From the human T2T-CHM13v2.0 reference genome, Homo sapiens: 64,000 nucleotides of DNA. Below the pieces are notes generated by a model, which did no database searches, was not told where the DNA came from, and saw only the letters and a list, made by a program, of their open reading frames with translations. Shown here one piece after another: positions 29,582 to 45,125 of this stretch (position 1 is its first letter; the number at the start of each line of letters is the position of its first letter). The stretch is taken from NCBI RefSeq assembly GCF_009914755.1, contig NC_060936.1; one strand, 5' to 3'. A program made the translations under genes and the position numbers.

Positions 29582-30356
29582 AAAATAGTCCCTTTCCAGG
29601 CCAAGGACCTGAATTCTGTTTACTTCTTCTGGCTGTGCAAAAGCACACTCAAGTGAATGACTAAAAATGCAACCACAGTGCATGTTGCAGATACCGGCGG
29701 CCGCAGGAGGGGCAGCATCCAGTAGAGGACTGGCGTTGGAGTCACACTGCTGTGAAATCACGTTGCAGTCCAGCGCACAATTGCTATCTATCCATAGACC
29801 ATTCTTGACCAAGCAAGCATGCACATTATGGGCAGTTACATTCTCAAGTTTTTAAAATCAAGGGGAACTTGTATACTGGGCCTGTTTTTCAGCCTGTTTG
29901 CTACCTTTTTTGCATTCTATCCCATGTGAATTTTACAGACACTGGGCTAAAAAGGGTATTCAGACACATGGACACACATTCCTAGAATGTCATCATATGG
30001 TCCTAATTCCATGTCACCAACAACACAGACAAGACCCTGTTTACAACTTTTTCTTTCCTTTTTTTTAATTTTAGACCTTTCTGAGAAGATTATTATATAT
30101 GACATATCTATAGCTATGTGTATGGCCATAGATGTATTTCTGTGTGTACATATGTATAGTCATGTATTCCTGCATATGTACATACAAATACAGAGATATA
30201 TAAAGTACATAGAAATTCCTTACTTGTAAATAGCCAAAAAGTACTGACATGAGTGAATTTTCACATTTAAATAGTCATCAATATGAAGCCATGATTAATG
30301 CTTGTATAATGTGATGCAATAAAATTTAAAATAAATTTCTGCACATGGAATATTTT
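29582..30356 (+). other. ANO4: Probable non-coding terminal (3' UTR) exon of ANO4
   Basis: strong acceptor tgccttcttttctctttccag ending at 29581; donor-like gtaggt at 28796 (alternative gtgaga at 28800) just after the stop; no recognisable repeats; tandem AATAAA near the end; 3' end approximate. Confidence 0.7.
30318..30335 (+). promoter_or_regulatory. Tandem polyadenylation signals of ANO4
   Basis: AATAAA at 30318-30323 and 30330-30335, followed by a U/GU-rich tract (ctgttgtatttttgt) about 45 nt downstream. Confidence 0.75.
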
Positions 30357-30714
30357 CAGCTGGCTCTTCTGACATTCTGTTGTATTTTTGTCTCATAGAA
30401 TAAGAGAAATCACAGAATAAGTAAGTGGAATCTTTAATGTGAGGAGAATATCTGAGGGACTGTGCAAGAAATCAGATGTTTGTTTATTGCATAAATGCAT
30501 GCAAAAACAAACAATATAGCCAAATATCAGCGTATGTTTCTGATGAACTTTTTTCCCCAGTCTTGATGGTGGAATATTTTAAATATAAGCCAAAATGAAT
30601 ATGCCGTAATTTGAGGATTTGATAATCTACCCAATTTTATAAGTCCTCATAAGACTAGAATATTAGAAATATCCTACTTCAACACTATAATCTTCATTAA
30701 AACCTCAGTTGTCT

Positions 30715-31480
<766 letters not shown>

Positions 31481-31575
31481 ATTTTTTTAAAGTTTTTTTA
31501 AAAAACCTCTGTTGTCTGAATCACTCACTCAGGAATGTAGTGATTCCAAACAGTTATCCAAATAGTTAGCAACCA

Positions 31576-31876
<301 letters not shown>

Positions 31877-32192
31877 GCAAGCAGGGTTAACTTTTAAACT
31901 GGCAAAATAATATGCTGCCTCATTTTTTGAAGTGGAAACCTGTCTATAAATGCCATATACTTTCCAGATTTCTTGTACGAAGGAAATCATATCCTTCCAT
32001 TGATAATTCAGTGGCATCACTGTAAAACTCCAACCTTTCTACAAATGTGTCTCCCAAGTCTTGTCCCCTGGGATCCCCTAAAGCCTCACATTGCACAATC
32101 TGCCCTACTCACTCAGACTCTTTCCCCTGTGCAGTATTCCTCACCTAGGACATGCATATCCTTTTTATAGCCCCAGATAGCTTGTAAATGAC

Positions 32193-32930
<738 letters not shown>

Positions 32931-33504
32931 TTTCAGTGCTTCTTAAAATAAATGACTCTAAAAGGGAGACAGTAACATGCAATCAATTTAAACTCACTTT
33001 CCTGTAACTATATATTTCAACGTGAAAGAATTAAGGGTAGGACCTCAACTTCATACAATCCTGTACTCTAGAGAAGGAGTTAACGCTACTCAGATCACAT
33101 GTGATATATAAGTGCCAGTTACTGTTTTCCCAAAACAGACATTGAGTAATTTCCCAAGTTGCCCATTGACTGTCAGCATTTAGACACCAATTTTATAATA
33201 TTTTCAACAAAAAAAAAAATAAAGAAGACTTGCTTAACAACCCTTTTAGTGGTTAAAACCACATGAGTGGTTTTAAATACCTAACTGTTCAATTTAGATT
33301 CCACTAATCCCCTGGCAGGGAAGAGTAAATAGTAAAGCTGTTACCAGTGGGTCGCAGCTTGCATACACATTAGCCCCCAAGGAGGCAATCTTGAACCTTC
33401 ATTAATTCAGACCTTCCTAATTAGGAAGTTGTGATCATTTGGATAGCCTGAGGTCCGTTATGTAAAACAAGTTCTATGAACAAAGTAAAGGAAATAGTCC
33501 AATC

Positions 33505-33505
<1 letters not shown>

Positions 33506-33556
<51 letters not shown>

Positions 33557-33841
33557 TGGAGTTTTGCTCTTGTTGGCCAGGCTGGAGTGCAGTGGCGCGA
33601 TTGATCTCGGCTCACTGCAACCTCCGCCTCCCAGGTTCAAGCGATTCTTTTGCCTCAGCCTCCCGAGTAGCTGGGAGTACAGGCACCTGCCACCAAGCCT
33701 GGCTAGTTTTTTTGTATTTTAAGTAGAGACGGGGTTTCATCATGTTGGCCAGGCTGGTCTCGAAGTCCTGACCTCAGGTGATATGCCCGTCTCTGCCTCC
33801 CAAAGTGCTGGGATTGCAGGTGTGAGCCACTGCGTGTGGCC
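33506..33841 (-). mobile_element. AluS whose tail is a (CA)n microsatellite (33506-33554)
   Basis: (TG)n directly followed by a reverse Alu. Confidence 0.9.
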
Positions 33842-34529
33842 TCAATCATTTTTTAATATTTATTACTATTTTGCTTATTAACACAAACTTCAAAAACTTG
33901 TACTCAGGGATGTATTCCTAGATATTAAAAGCATAAAATAAAACGAAGTGTTTGCTTTGGGGTGTGAGTGAGAAGGGATAAACAGGCATCCAAGGTGCTG
34001 GCAATGTACTATTTCTTGACTTGAGTAGTCATTTTACAAATAGTTTTTAAAAGAATCATTTATTTAACATTTATTTGCTAATTATAAACCCAATTTTTAT
34101 TTTTTCCTACTAATTTTCATGTAGTCCAGTATTCCTCAAACTCTACCATACATTAGAATCACCTGGGCCCTACCACCACCACCGTTTCTGATTCAGTAAG
34201 TATATGGTGGACCAGGAAATTTCAATTTTGATAAAGTACCTAGATGATGTTGTTTCTATTGGGTGGGGGCCACATTCTGCAAACTACTGATCTAATCAAT
34301 ATCTTATGGCCATAATTTGAATCACTTTAATATACTCTACAATTCAAGCTGAGTTTAATTCATTTTATCTGATTGTATAATATTTTAGTGAACTACCACC
34401 CTGGTAGAAAGGCAGGTGGGCAGCAATGTCAAACTGTAATCTTAGTTACAGTAGCAATTATCAGTTAATCATATCATTCAATACAGATCACTGCTGTGCA
34501 GGCCTCCCAGCTGAGTGGAGCATAGGGTG

Positions 34530-34874
34530 TTTCTTTTGTTTTGTTTTGTTTTATTATACTTTAAGTTTTAGGGTACAGGTGCACAACGTGCAGGTTAGTT
34601 ACATATGTATACATGTGCCATATTGGTGTGCTGCACCCAGTAACTCATCATTTAACATTAGGTATATCTCCAAATGCTATCCCTCCCCCCTTCCCCCACC
34701 CCACAACAGGCCCCAGTGTGAGATGTTCCCCTTCCTGTGTCCATGTGTTCTCATTGTTCAATTCCCACCTATGAGTGAGAATATGCGGTGTTTGGTTTTT
34801 TGTCCTTGCGATAGTTTGCTCAGAATGATGGTTTCCAGCTTCATCCGTGTCCCTACAAAGGACATGAACTCATC
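34530..34874 (-). mobile_element. Short 5'-truncated young L1PA 3' end
   Basis: ORF2 C-terminus …[11 protein letters not shown] and 3' UTR on minus. Confidence 0.92.
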
Positions 34875-36959
34875 TTGATGGATTGGGTCAGTGCCACACA
34901 AAGGTCCTTCACCTTGGCCTGCATTTTGCATTAACCCAGAACACTGAGAATAACTCTTCCCAAGTCCAACCAGCACCCTCGCCAGTTTAGGACTGAGTTT
35001 ACATCACCATGTACAATAGAGAAACTCTATTCTGATTATGGGCTCTGGAGTCAGACAAAACTAAGTTTGGATCCAAGGTGTAAGACAAAGGACTTAAGTT
35101 TTCTAAGATATAGTTGCTTCATGGGGTGGACACCATGGTATGCTGCCAAGGTCCCTCTTCAATGAAAGATGTCTTGCCCAAGCTTTTGGGAGTGCTGTTG
35201 GTAGACTCCCTCCAGCTGTCAGGCTCCTCAAGACTGTTTCATTGCAGAGGGTCACCTGATCCAAGACCTGCCCCTTTCTGTGGCAGCCCATGTCAATGAC
35301 TAATCGATGCATGAATACGAAAGCCTGGCAATATTAGGACAACTGTGAAGGGCTCCCTCACTTCAGTGCTCTCTGTGGGGAGACTCTGCTTGAACCTGCA
35401 TTGTAGCTCAACCTCCACCTCTACCCAAACCTGCTTCCTTCTTCTTTCTTCCATAGATATTGATCCTAAATAAATGCTAAGCACACTACCCTCCCTATTA
35501 GAGTCTGCTTCCCAGGGAATCAAGCCTGCAACATTAATTTTTTTAAAAAAGTGGACAAAAACTCTAAGATGTGGGAATCCTATGGATTCGTTCATTCATT
35601 AAATATTTATTGAGCCAGCCAGTTCCGTTCTGGATGCTAAGAATACAGCAGTGAACACAGGTGTCTAACTTGAAGGGAAACAATTAGGAAGAGCATTAAG
35701 GTTGAAATCAATCATTAGGTACAGTATTGATTGACTATTTGATATAAAAAGAGAATAAAAGAATAGTGTCTCTTCCTCTCATCACCACTCCCCATCCGCC
35801 TTTTTAAAATTGCCTCAGTTTATAATATTCATGTTCTATTCTGCAACCACAGATTCTTGATTTCCTAAGCATGTCTCAGCCTGATTGAGCTTTACTGCCA
35901 TGCAGGTTTCCTTCCCTACCTCCATGCTGCCCTTGGGAGCTTGAAAGTCATTATACTGTTTTTCCACTACCATGGGTGGTGGAAAATTGTGAGGCTGTTT
36001 AGAGACCTATTCCCCTGGATACTTCAGGCAGCAATTTCTTCTTTTAATGCTCACCAAACATGGTAAAGTCTCTCTAACTTTCCAAAGCCCTATGTTTGCT
36101 TAGAAACACCACTCAGCTGTGTCTTTCCTGGGGTCTTGTGACTGTAAGCTCTATCCAAAAGATGGGGAACAGATTTTGTCAGCTTTTAAATTCCACAAAT
36201 CGATGGTGGTTTGCTGCCACCATCCCAGAGCTCAGCATATGGTGTTAGGACACAAAGAACGAATGGGGATATAGGCCTCAGAGACTTGATAATACATTGG
36301 TGCTCACCTGTTCCCTCCAACTTTCCCAGCACAGGAAATCCATTTCCAGTTTGGGGTTGGGAAACCTAGCTCCTACCACCCAAGCTGTTTTATTATTGTC
36401 AACATAAGAGGCTAGACTTTGGATCATTGGTTAATGCTCCGAATATCCCACCACTATACTTTCCTCTGAACCCTCTCACACTCTTCTCTGGTTGATCACT
36501 TCCCTTGTAGACTCCCTTCCCACCTCATTGGGCCAGACCCTTGCCTCTCCAAAGGCATATAAAGCAAGGCATTCCTTGAATCTCTCCTACCATTTATTTT
36601 CAGTCTTGCTCTTCCTGGGTATCCTGGCTTCCACCCAGTGTTATATAATGATGCCATCCTTGGTTTGAGCAAAAAGGCAGAACTATGCATTTATCTCTCC
36701 TCTTAACTTTCCACCTCTCTCATCTGTTTCCTTTTTTTCTCTGTCCACTTCCACAACTGGTCCTGTTATAAATTGCACTGTATTTTGTATGTCTTATTTA
36801 CTAAAATGTCATGTTTCTACTGCGACTTAAATGGATGAATAGGAGGCTTTATATTTCTGTACTTCAAAAGTCCCATTATATTTTACTTCTGTGACTTTTC
36901 TCTGTAACTCAGAGAACTTCAATTAAAAAAAAAACCTCTCCAACCCAAAGAATGGGGAA

Positions 36960-38335
36960 AAAAAGGCTTGCAAATTATGTATCTAAGGGGATTATATCTT
37001 AAATATATTAATTGCAAGTCTTAAACATAAGACTTCTGAGAACTCTTACAACTCAATAATTAACAAAAACAAATAAGCCAATTTAAAAATGGGCAAAGGA
37101 TTTGATTAGACATGTCTCCAAAGAAGATATACAAATGGCCAATAAACATGACAAGATGGTCAATATCATTAGCCATCAGGGAAATGCAAATCAAAGTCAC
37201 AATGAGATACCACTTCACATGCATTAGAATGGCCAAAATAAAATATATAGATAATAAGTGTTGTCCAGGATATGGAGAAATTGGAACCCTCATACACTGT
37301 TGATAGGAATGTAAAATGGTGCAGCTGCTTTGGAAAATAGTCTGGCAGTTCCCAAAATGGTTAAGCATAGAATTACCATATGACCCAGCCATTCCACTGC
37401 TAAATATATCTCCCAAAGAACTGAAAACATATGCTCTCATAGAAACTTGTACACAAATGTTCAGAGCAACATGTTTCTTAATAACCAATAAGTGGAAACA
37501 ACACAAATGTTCATCAACTGATTCATGCATAAATAAAATATAGGATAGCCATACAATGGAATACAATCATATGTCACTTAACAATTGGGATACATTCTAA
37601 GAATTTAATCATTGAGTAATTTTATCATTGTGTGAACATCATAGAGTGTACTTACACAAACTTAGATGGTATAGCCTACTACACACTTAGGCTATATGCT
37701 ATATAGCCGGCTGTCCCTAGGATACAAACGTGTATAGCATGTTACTATACTGAATACTGTAGGCAACTATAACACAATGGTAAATATGTGTGTACCTAAA
37801 CACAGAAAAGGTAATGAGTTGCTTTATGACTGTATGATATTACAACGGCTGTGATGTCACTAGGCAATAGGAATTTTTCAACTGCATTATAATCTTATGG
37901 GACCACTGTCAAGTGTGAGGTCTGTCATTGACCAAAAGGTCATTATGTGGTGCATGATTTTATTAGGCCATAAAAATGAATGTAATACTGATACATGCTA
38001 CATAGATAAACCTTGAAAACATTATGCTACATGAAAGGAGCCAATCACAGAGGACCACATAGAATGTAATTTTATGTATATGAAGTGTTCAGAATAGACA
38101 AATCTACAGAGACAGAAAGTAGATGAGTGGTTGCCTAGGGCTAAAGGGAGTGAATGGGACAAAATGGAGACTGAATACAAATGGATATGGGGTTTCTTCT
38201 GGGGGTAATGAAAATTTTCTAAGATTGTGGTGATAATTGTACAACTCTGTAAATACAAAAACCATTGAGTTGCACATAAATGAGTGAGTTGTATGGCATG
38301 TTAATTATGTCTCAGTAAAGCTATTATGCAAAAAC
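36960..38335 (+). mobile_element. L1MB-like 3' end
   Basis: ORF2 C-terminal homology (ORFs 37112-37303, 37316-37543). Confidence 0.82.
37564..37960. mobile_element. Tigger3-like DNA transposon inside the L1
   Basis: cttacacaaacttagatggtatagcctactacacac motif; imperfect terminal inverted repeats. Confidence 0.75.
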
Positions 38336-39793
38336 AAAAATCTCTCACTGTCCTCCAGCTTTCATGTGTTCCGCTTATATTATTGTATTTTGCATGTTGC
38401 TTTGAAATTGCCATGTGTGATGGATAGCTCCTCATACCTCCACAACCCAGGACTGAACAAGTTAAAAGAATCATAACAGAGAGCTAGACTTTCCTGGCTG
38501 CTACAAAATCATTGAAATTCTGGGTAAAATGTCACAAAATAAACATTTTAATGCATAGTCAAATTTATAAGAATAAAAGAAAAGCTCCAATCCCAGAATT
38601 GAAAAGGAAATCAAAGCAAAGAAATGAAGCCAGGAGATGTTGAGGAATAAGTGCAGGTGTAGATCTGCTGAGTTCTTATGTTTTCATGGGAGGAAAAATG
38701 AGGTTTCTGCCTACAGAATGTAAAGAAGCTAGAACTTGATTCCAGGTATCATCAAAAGCCTGATATCTTAAAGAACTGCCTGATCACTTAAAAGGGGATT
38801 TTTAAAAGCATACCAAAAGCCTTAATTAAATATTAAGAAAGTTTGCTTCTAGCCAACTCTTTGGATGGAAAACAAACAAAAGTTACTTGAGGCATCAAAA
38901 TTTAAGCCCTGTGCTTAAGTTTTGTGCCATGGGTCTAGGATGCAAATTTATATTACGAACCTAAGAGAAAAGCCCTAACCTGAGATGATAATGTAAAATT
39001 GTTTGAAGGCCATTGAAACAACTAGGACACAGCAAAATCTAATTTGAAACTATGTAGGGACTCTTTCATTAACCACAGCCCAAGGAACTGTCACTAGAAA
39101 AAATGCAGCCTCTTCTGAAGATAAACTCCCAGATAAAAAAGATCAACTACATAAGAAAAGGAACCACCAAGACAGAGAGTGTGCAAATGAACAAGTAAAA
39201 GAACTAGCACCCCACTAACTTCAGATAATATAACAAAATTAAGGGGTCATAAATATGGTTAAAATTATTGAAGTAATAAAATAATGATTGAAAATAATAA
39301 TGAAAAAATCCAATATTATGAATTAAAGAATAGCAAATTTTGAAAAAGAAGCATATCCAACTCTAGAAATGAAAAAAAGTTAAGTCACTGAAATGGAGAA
39401 CTGTATGGACAAATTAATAGCAGATTAGAAACAGCTGGGAAGGGGAATGAAAGAAAATATCTGAGAAAATTGTCCAGGATGCATCACATAAATACAAAAA
39501 GATGGAAAAGATGAACCAAATTAGGAGATACGAAGGACAGGATTTAAAAGGTACAACATACAACTAACAGGAATTAAAGAGGTACAGAATAGAAAAAATA
39601 TGGGAAAGGGGAAATATTCAGACATAATACCAAAAATATTTCCAATATTAAAGGTATGATTCTACATTGAAGAAACAAAAGTCCCAAGGAGGAAATAAAA
39701 ACAAATTCATACCTAGACTCATTGTGGCAAAACTAGAGAAAAAGCACAATAAGGAGTAAATTTTAAATGCTTTCACAAAGAAAAGAGAGATTA

Positions 39794-40044
39794 CAGTTGC
39801 CCCTTGGAACAACACAGGTTTGAACTGGAAGGTTCCACTTTTACATGGATTTTTTTTCAAATGAATGCAGATCGAAAATACACCAAAAATGAAGTATTTG
39901 CAGGAGGTGAAACTTGCATATATGGAGAGTCAACTTTTTGTATACACGAGTTCTGCAGGGCTGAATACAGGACTTGAGTATATGCAAATTTTGGTTACGT
40001 TGGGAGACCTAGAACAAATTATCCACGTATATCAAAGGCTACTG
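39794..40044. mobile_element. Tigger2/MER8-like MITE
   Basis: ta|cagttgcccttggaacaacacaggtttgaact ... aaggctactg|ta; TIRs with TA TSD. Confidence 0.75.
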
Positions 40045-40280
40045 TATCTCCAAGGGATAACAACTAGGCAGACAGCAAACATCTCAACATCAGGAATAGA
40101 TACTAAAAGATAATGGAAGAATATTTAAAAATGTTGGGTGAACTCTCAAACTAAAATTTGTTAACCAGATAAATTGTCATATGAGAGTTAATCTAATATT
40201 TTCAGATTAACAAATGTTCTGAAAAATTTAGCAGAAAATTTGAAGTTTCTGGAAAATATGTCAGAAAAATAATATTAACA

Positions 40281-40312
40281 AAAACTGCAATTACTTTTGT
40301 ACCAACCTAATA
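40281..40312. mobile_element. MADE1 (mariner) half-element
   Basis: aaaactgcaattacttttgtaccaacctaata matches the Hsmar1/MADE1 TIR. Confidence 0.7.
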
Positions 40313-41330
40313 AAAGAAAATTAGTAAGACACTCAAATACCTTCCCTTCCCACAAATAATCAGCTACTAATAGTCTATGGAACCCCAACATGAATAAAAC
40401 AATAGTAGAAGGAGAAGGAGATGAGGACAATGATGAAGAAGGAGCAGAAGAAGGAGAAGAAAAGGATAAATGGAATGGTTACAAATTGATTATGATTTTA
40501 GTATCACTAATAACTCACAGATTTAATTTATTTTATTTTTAAGAACTTCCCTAGGTTGAGAATTGCTGCTGGAACCCAATAGGTCTGAAACTGAGCATCC
40601 TATCCTACACCAAGTTTTCTATGGTAACTACCTTTTGAATGGCTCCATGTCCACCCAAAATGCTTAAGCAGAAAAACATAAGTAATTTCTGACATCTTTC
40701 TTTCCAATAATGTACCAAGTCCTGTCAATTCAATCCTCTCACATGTATCTATCTTTCTTCATCCTCATTACCACCATCATAATCTAGGCCACCATTTTCT
40801 CTCACAAAGACTACAACACAGACTCCTAAATAGTCTCCTGATCCTCAGGCATACTCCCTTCCACCCATCCATTCTTCACTTTATAGCTATGGTGAACTGA
40901 ACTTTCAGAAATCCAAATTTGATCATATCGTACGTCTCTTCCTACAACTCTTCAGTGGTTTCTTATCCCCATAAGGATAAAGTCTAAAACCTCAAGCATG
41001 ACTTCCCACAGTCTGGCTGGTGCCCATGTTATCATTCACTCTACCCTATATACATACTCTTCTTATGCACCATGATCCCTCAGTCCTCTAGGCTTTAGAA
41101 CATGTGGTTCCCTTTGCCTAAACCACTTCTTCTTTTCCTTTCCTTTGCTTAGCTAATGACTATACATCTTTCAAATCTGAGCTTATTCCTCATCTAGTCA
41201 GGAAAGTATTCTATAGCTGGATTTGGTCCCTTTTTGTCCATCCCTGTTACTCCCTCGTTGATACTTATGTCACTTAGCACGTGTTTGGATTATAGCACAT
41301 GCAATGCTCCAATTGCAATACTTAACACAC

Positions 41331-42224
41331 TGTAACAGTGAAACAGCAAAAGAACTAACATATCTAACTCCATTTTTGTTTAAGGAGCCTTTACCCATTC
41401 CCGCATGTAGGTTAGGATCATTTTAGAGCAGTGAGATAATATGCTGAATTAGTCCGTTCTCGCATTGCTATTAAATGTAAGAAACTACCTGAGACTGGGT
41501 AATTTATAAAGCAAAGAGGTTTAATTGGCTCATGATTCTGCAGGCTGTACAGAAAGCATGGCTGAGGAGGCCTCAGGAAACTTACAATCATGGCAGAAGG
41601 CAAAGAGGAAGGAGGCACATCTTACATGGCTGGAGCAGGAGGCAAAAGAGCAAAAGGGGAGGTGCTACACACTTCTAAACAACCGGATCTCATGAGAACT
41701 CATTCATTATCACAAGAACAGCAATGGGGAAGTCGGCCTCATGATCCAATCAACTTCCAGCAGGCCTCTTCTCCAACAGTAGGGATTACAATTCCACATG
41801 AAATTTGAGTGGGGACATAAATACAAACCATATCATATGCAAAGAAACAATCATGTAGTTTTTGAAACTAACTCTGTGATTAAAGGGAAAGTATGTAAAC
41901 AACTATGTTTTGTTAAATATTTATAAGAGCATTGTGACCTGACCAAGGAAATAGAAGTTCTCAACCTCCTCAGACCCTTGTTGGTGCCCAGATGTCTGCA
42001 GTTGTCAGTCACCTCTTGATCCCACCCACCTTTCCTTCCCCCTGTTCTTAACATAAAAATAATCTGCAATTTGTACTGACTTAAGATGGTACTTTAGGAC
42101 AACAGTTTATCATCTTCTTGGTCTGCTGGTTCTCCAAATAAACCTGCGTTTCCTCCCACCGACTCTCTTCTCTCTTTATTTTAGTTTTCAAGTGGCGAGC
42201 AGGCACATCTGTGTTCAGGTTACA
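41331..42224 (+). mobile_element. ERV1 (MER4-group-like) solo LTR, split by an MST
   Basis: TG...CA ends, 4-bp TSD acac, internal AATAAA near 42138. Confidence 0.75.
41445..41835 (-). mobile_element. MSTA-like MaLR LTR nested in the ERV1 LTR
   Basis: attagtccgttctcgcattgctat...aaaccatatca; 5-bp TSD tatgc. Confidence 0.88.
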
Positions 42225-43577
42225 ACACTTTACTGTAACTACTTGTATTTTGCCCATTTTCTGTATTAGACAATAAACTCAGTGATGGTAGAGATGAGTC
42301 TCTTATTTATTACAATATTACTAATATTATTGGTAATGGATGATTGGAAGACATGACTAACTACAAGTCAACAAAGTTTCCCTAACACTAAATCTGAGAA
42401 TTACACATATCTAGTCACCGGCTGGTGTCAAGACCCCAAGCATCCCTATGGAAGCAGGCTATTTTTATCACTAACCCTTATCTCATGACCAAAAGCATGT
42501 ATTCCAATTTGTATTGAGTGCCTTCCATGTTCTACATCTGCTAGAGAAATTACTAAACAGAACCAGCAAAAATCCTCACCTCTTGGAGTTTTTATTTTAT
42601 TGGGGAATGACATACAACAAACAAGTAAAATATTGTGTGTTCAATGATAATAGAGATGGGAGAGAAATAAAGCAAGCAAGGGGGATAGGGTGCATGGCGG
42701 AGGAAAGTTGCAATTTTAAATAGAGATCAGAGAATACCTCACCTAGAAGATGACATCTGAATAAAGACCTGTAGGAGCTGAAAGAGTGAGCCAAATGGAT
42801 ATTGAGTAGGGTGTTGTAAGCAATGCACATGACCGTGAGGTGGGAACATGTTTTTAAGGAATGGCAAGACCTGGCATGGAGTAATAGAGGTCAAAGAGAT
42901 CATGGGAGCAAGGAGTTGTAAGGCATAGATCATGCATATTCTTTAAGCAGGCAGATGCCAAAAAGAAATGGAAGTGGAAAGGACTAAGATATACATGTCT
43001 GATTCCTCTCTCAGACTTACTGATCACAAAAGTCACTTCCTGTTTACATAGGGAGAATAAGCAGGAAAGGGGCAGAGAGAGATCCAGAAAGTTACTCTAA
43101 TGGACAGTTCATCCACCCGGATGGAAACATCAGGAATAGAGACTATGTGCCACCTAAGAGATAGCTGTGTACATTAATACATGTACAGTACAACAAAATG
43201 ACTAGAGCCGGAGGTAAGTATAAGATCACGATCACCCATGGAATGTGTCAAGAGTTAGAGAAGTGATAGGTAAGCTGGGTTCTAACAACTGAGCAGGTGT
43301 TTTTCAAAGATCTGAGAAGTAGACAGAGGATGGGTAGCCTAGACAAAGAGGATAGCATGTAAAATAACAAGAAGGCAAGAAAATGGTGGTATATTTAGCA
43401 CATATGAGAAGCTCAATGTGACAAGCCTATGTAACATGTGAAGGAGGGTACCAATAAATACTTCTGAGAAGCCCATCAGGCTAAGGGATGGGGCTTTTAT
43501 TCTGTAGTCATAGAGATCTTCAAGCAGAGGAGTGAATCATCAGATTCGGTTTCCAAAGAGACAACTGTGGACTGGAA

Positions 43578-43765
43578 CAGTAGTTTTCAAAGTGTGACTC
43601 CCAGACCAGAAGCACCATCATCCTCAGGAAAATTTTGAGAAAGGTAGATTCTCAGGACCCACCTGAGAGCTGTTAAATCAGACACTCTGGGGTGAAGCCC
43701 AGCAATCTGTGTTTTAACCAGCTCCTCCAGGTGCTTCTGATGAACACTGAAGTTTAAGAAGCTCT
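43578..43765. mobile_element. MER5A-like DNA transposon
   Basis: cagtagttttcaaagtgtg...aatctgtgttttaacc...aagtttaagaa. Confidence 0.75.
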
Positions 43766-44561
43766 AGAATAGAATGAGAAAAGCCCAGTGACAGACCAGA
43801 TCCTAATACAGAAGAGAATAAAGGTCTGGCTTTGGAAAGTTAAGGAAAGCAGAAATGGAGAGAATCCTGAATCCTTGATGCACATGTGTGAGTGAGTCTG
43901 GAGCTCCAGGAGTGAATCCCATCCATTGATATCCAATGACCTTTGGTGGTGCAGCCTAAACAAGGGTAAGGGGTAAAAGAAGCCTTTTTAAATGAAGAAG
44001 GGAATAACAATACATGATTGCAAAATGGGAATGAGTAACAAAGTCAACAACTTCAAAATATTCTTTCTTTGATGAATTTAAATGATGGAGACCTGATTTG
44101 ACCTTTAAAGTGAAAGGTTATGCCAAATTTCCTGTATATGGAAAATCTGCATTTTGCTTAATCAAGACTTGAATAGGTAGGAAGTAAGTAGGTGCTTTAA
44201 ATGAGATGACAGACAGGTGCTTTAACTGAGAGAAGTGGAAACTTCATACTAGGGGGAACACTGGCAACTGCTTCTTTGATGATGTGGTTCCAAATTGGGT
44301 GATTGAGTATAAACATGGTCATCTTTGGCACCTAAGTTCTCTGTCTTAGTTGTCCACTTAATTTTATACCCCACAAGCAAAACTATAGCTTTGAGATATA
44401 AAATAGAAATTTAAAACTTCAAACTGATATTTTTTCAAAAGAAAGAAAAAACACTCAGGTTAAGAACTTCTGTTTCTCTTTTAAAGTCCTGATATTATCA
44501 ACAATTAACTTGGACCAACTTTTAAAAGATTAAATTACCCCAATTAAAAATTGGATTGGAA

Positions 44562-44729
44562 CAACTATTGGGTATCTGCCTAAAGGAAAAGAAGTCACTA
44601 TGTCAAAAAGACACCTGTATGCACATGTTTATCGCAGCACGATTCACAATTGCAAGGATATGGAATCAACCTAAGTGCCTATCAACTGATGAGTGGATAA
44701 AAAATGTGAGTATATATATGAAATGTGAG

Positions 44730-44760
<31 letters not shown>

Positions 44761-45125
44761 CATACACATACACCATGGAGTACTACTCAGGGATAAAAAA
44801 GAATGAAATAATGTCTATTGCAGCAACTTAGATGGAACCGGAGGCTATTATTCTAAGTGACATAAGTCAGGAATGGAAAAGCAAATACCACATGTTTTCA
44901 TTTGTAAGTGGGAGCTAAGCTATGAGTACACAAAGGCATACAGAGTGGTATAATGGACATTAGAGACTCAGAAGGTGGGGAGGCTGAGGAAGAGGAATGA
45001 AAAACTATCTATTGGGCACCATGTACACTACTCAGGTGACCAGTGCACTGAACCTTCACACTTCACCACTATACGATTCACCCATGTAACCAAAAACTGT
45101 ACCTCTAAAGCTATTAAAATAAAAC
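44562..45125 (+). mobile_element. L1MA/PB 3' end with internal (TA)n
   Basis: ORF 44556-44831 resembles the ORF2 C-terminus. Confidence 0.85.

Noticed and set aside
29690-29735. GC-rich patch with a NotI site and a partial CTCF-like motif in the ANO4 3' UTR
   Set aside because: Too short for a CpG island and the motif match is imperfect; not supportable from sequence alone.
37060-37566. 168-aa minus-strand ORF
   Set aside because: It is the antisense frame of an old L1 ORF2 3' end.
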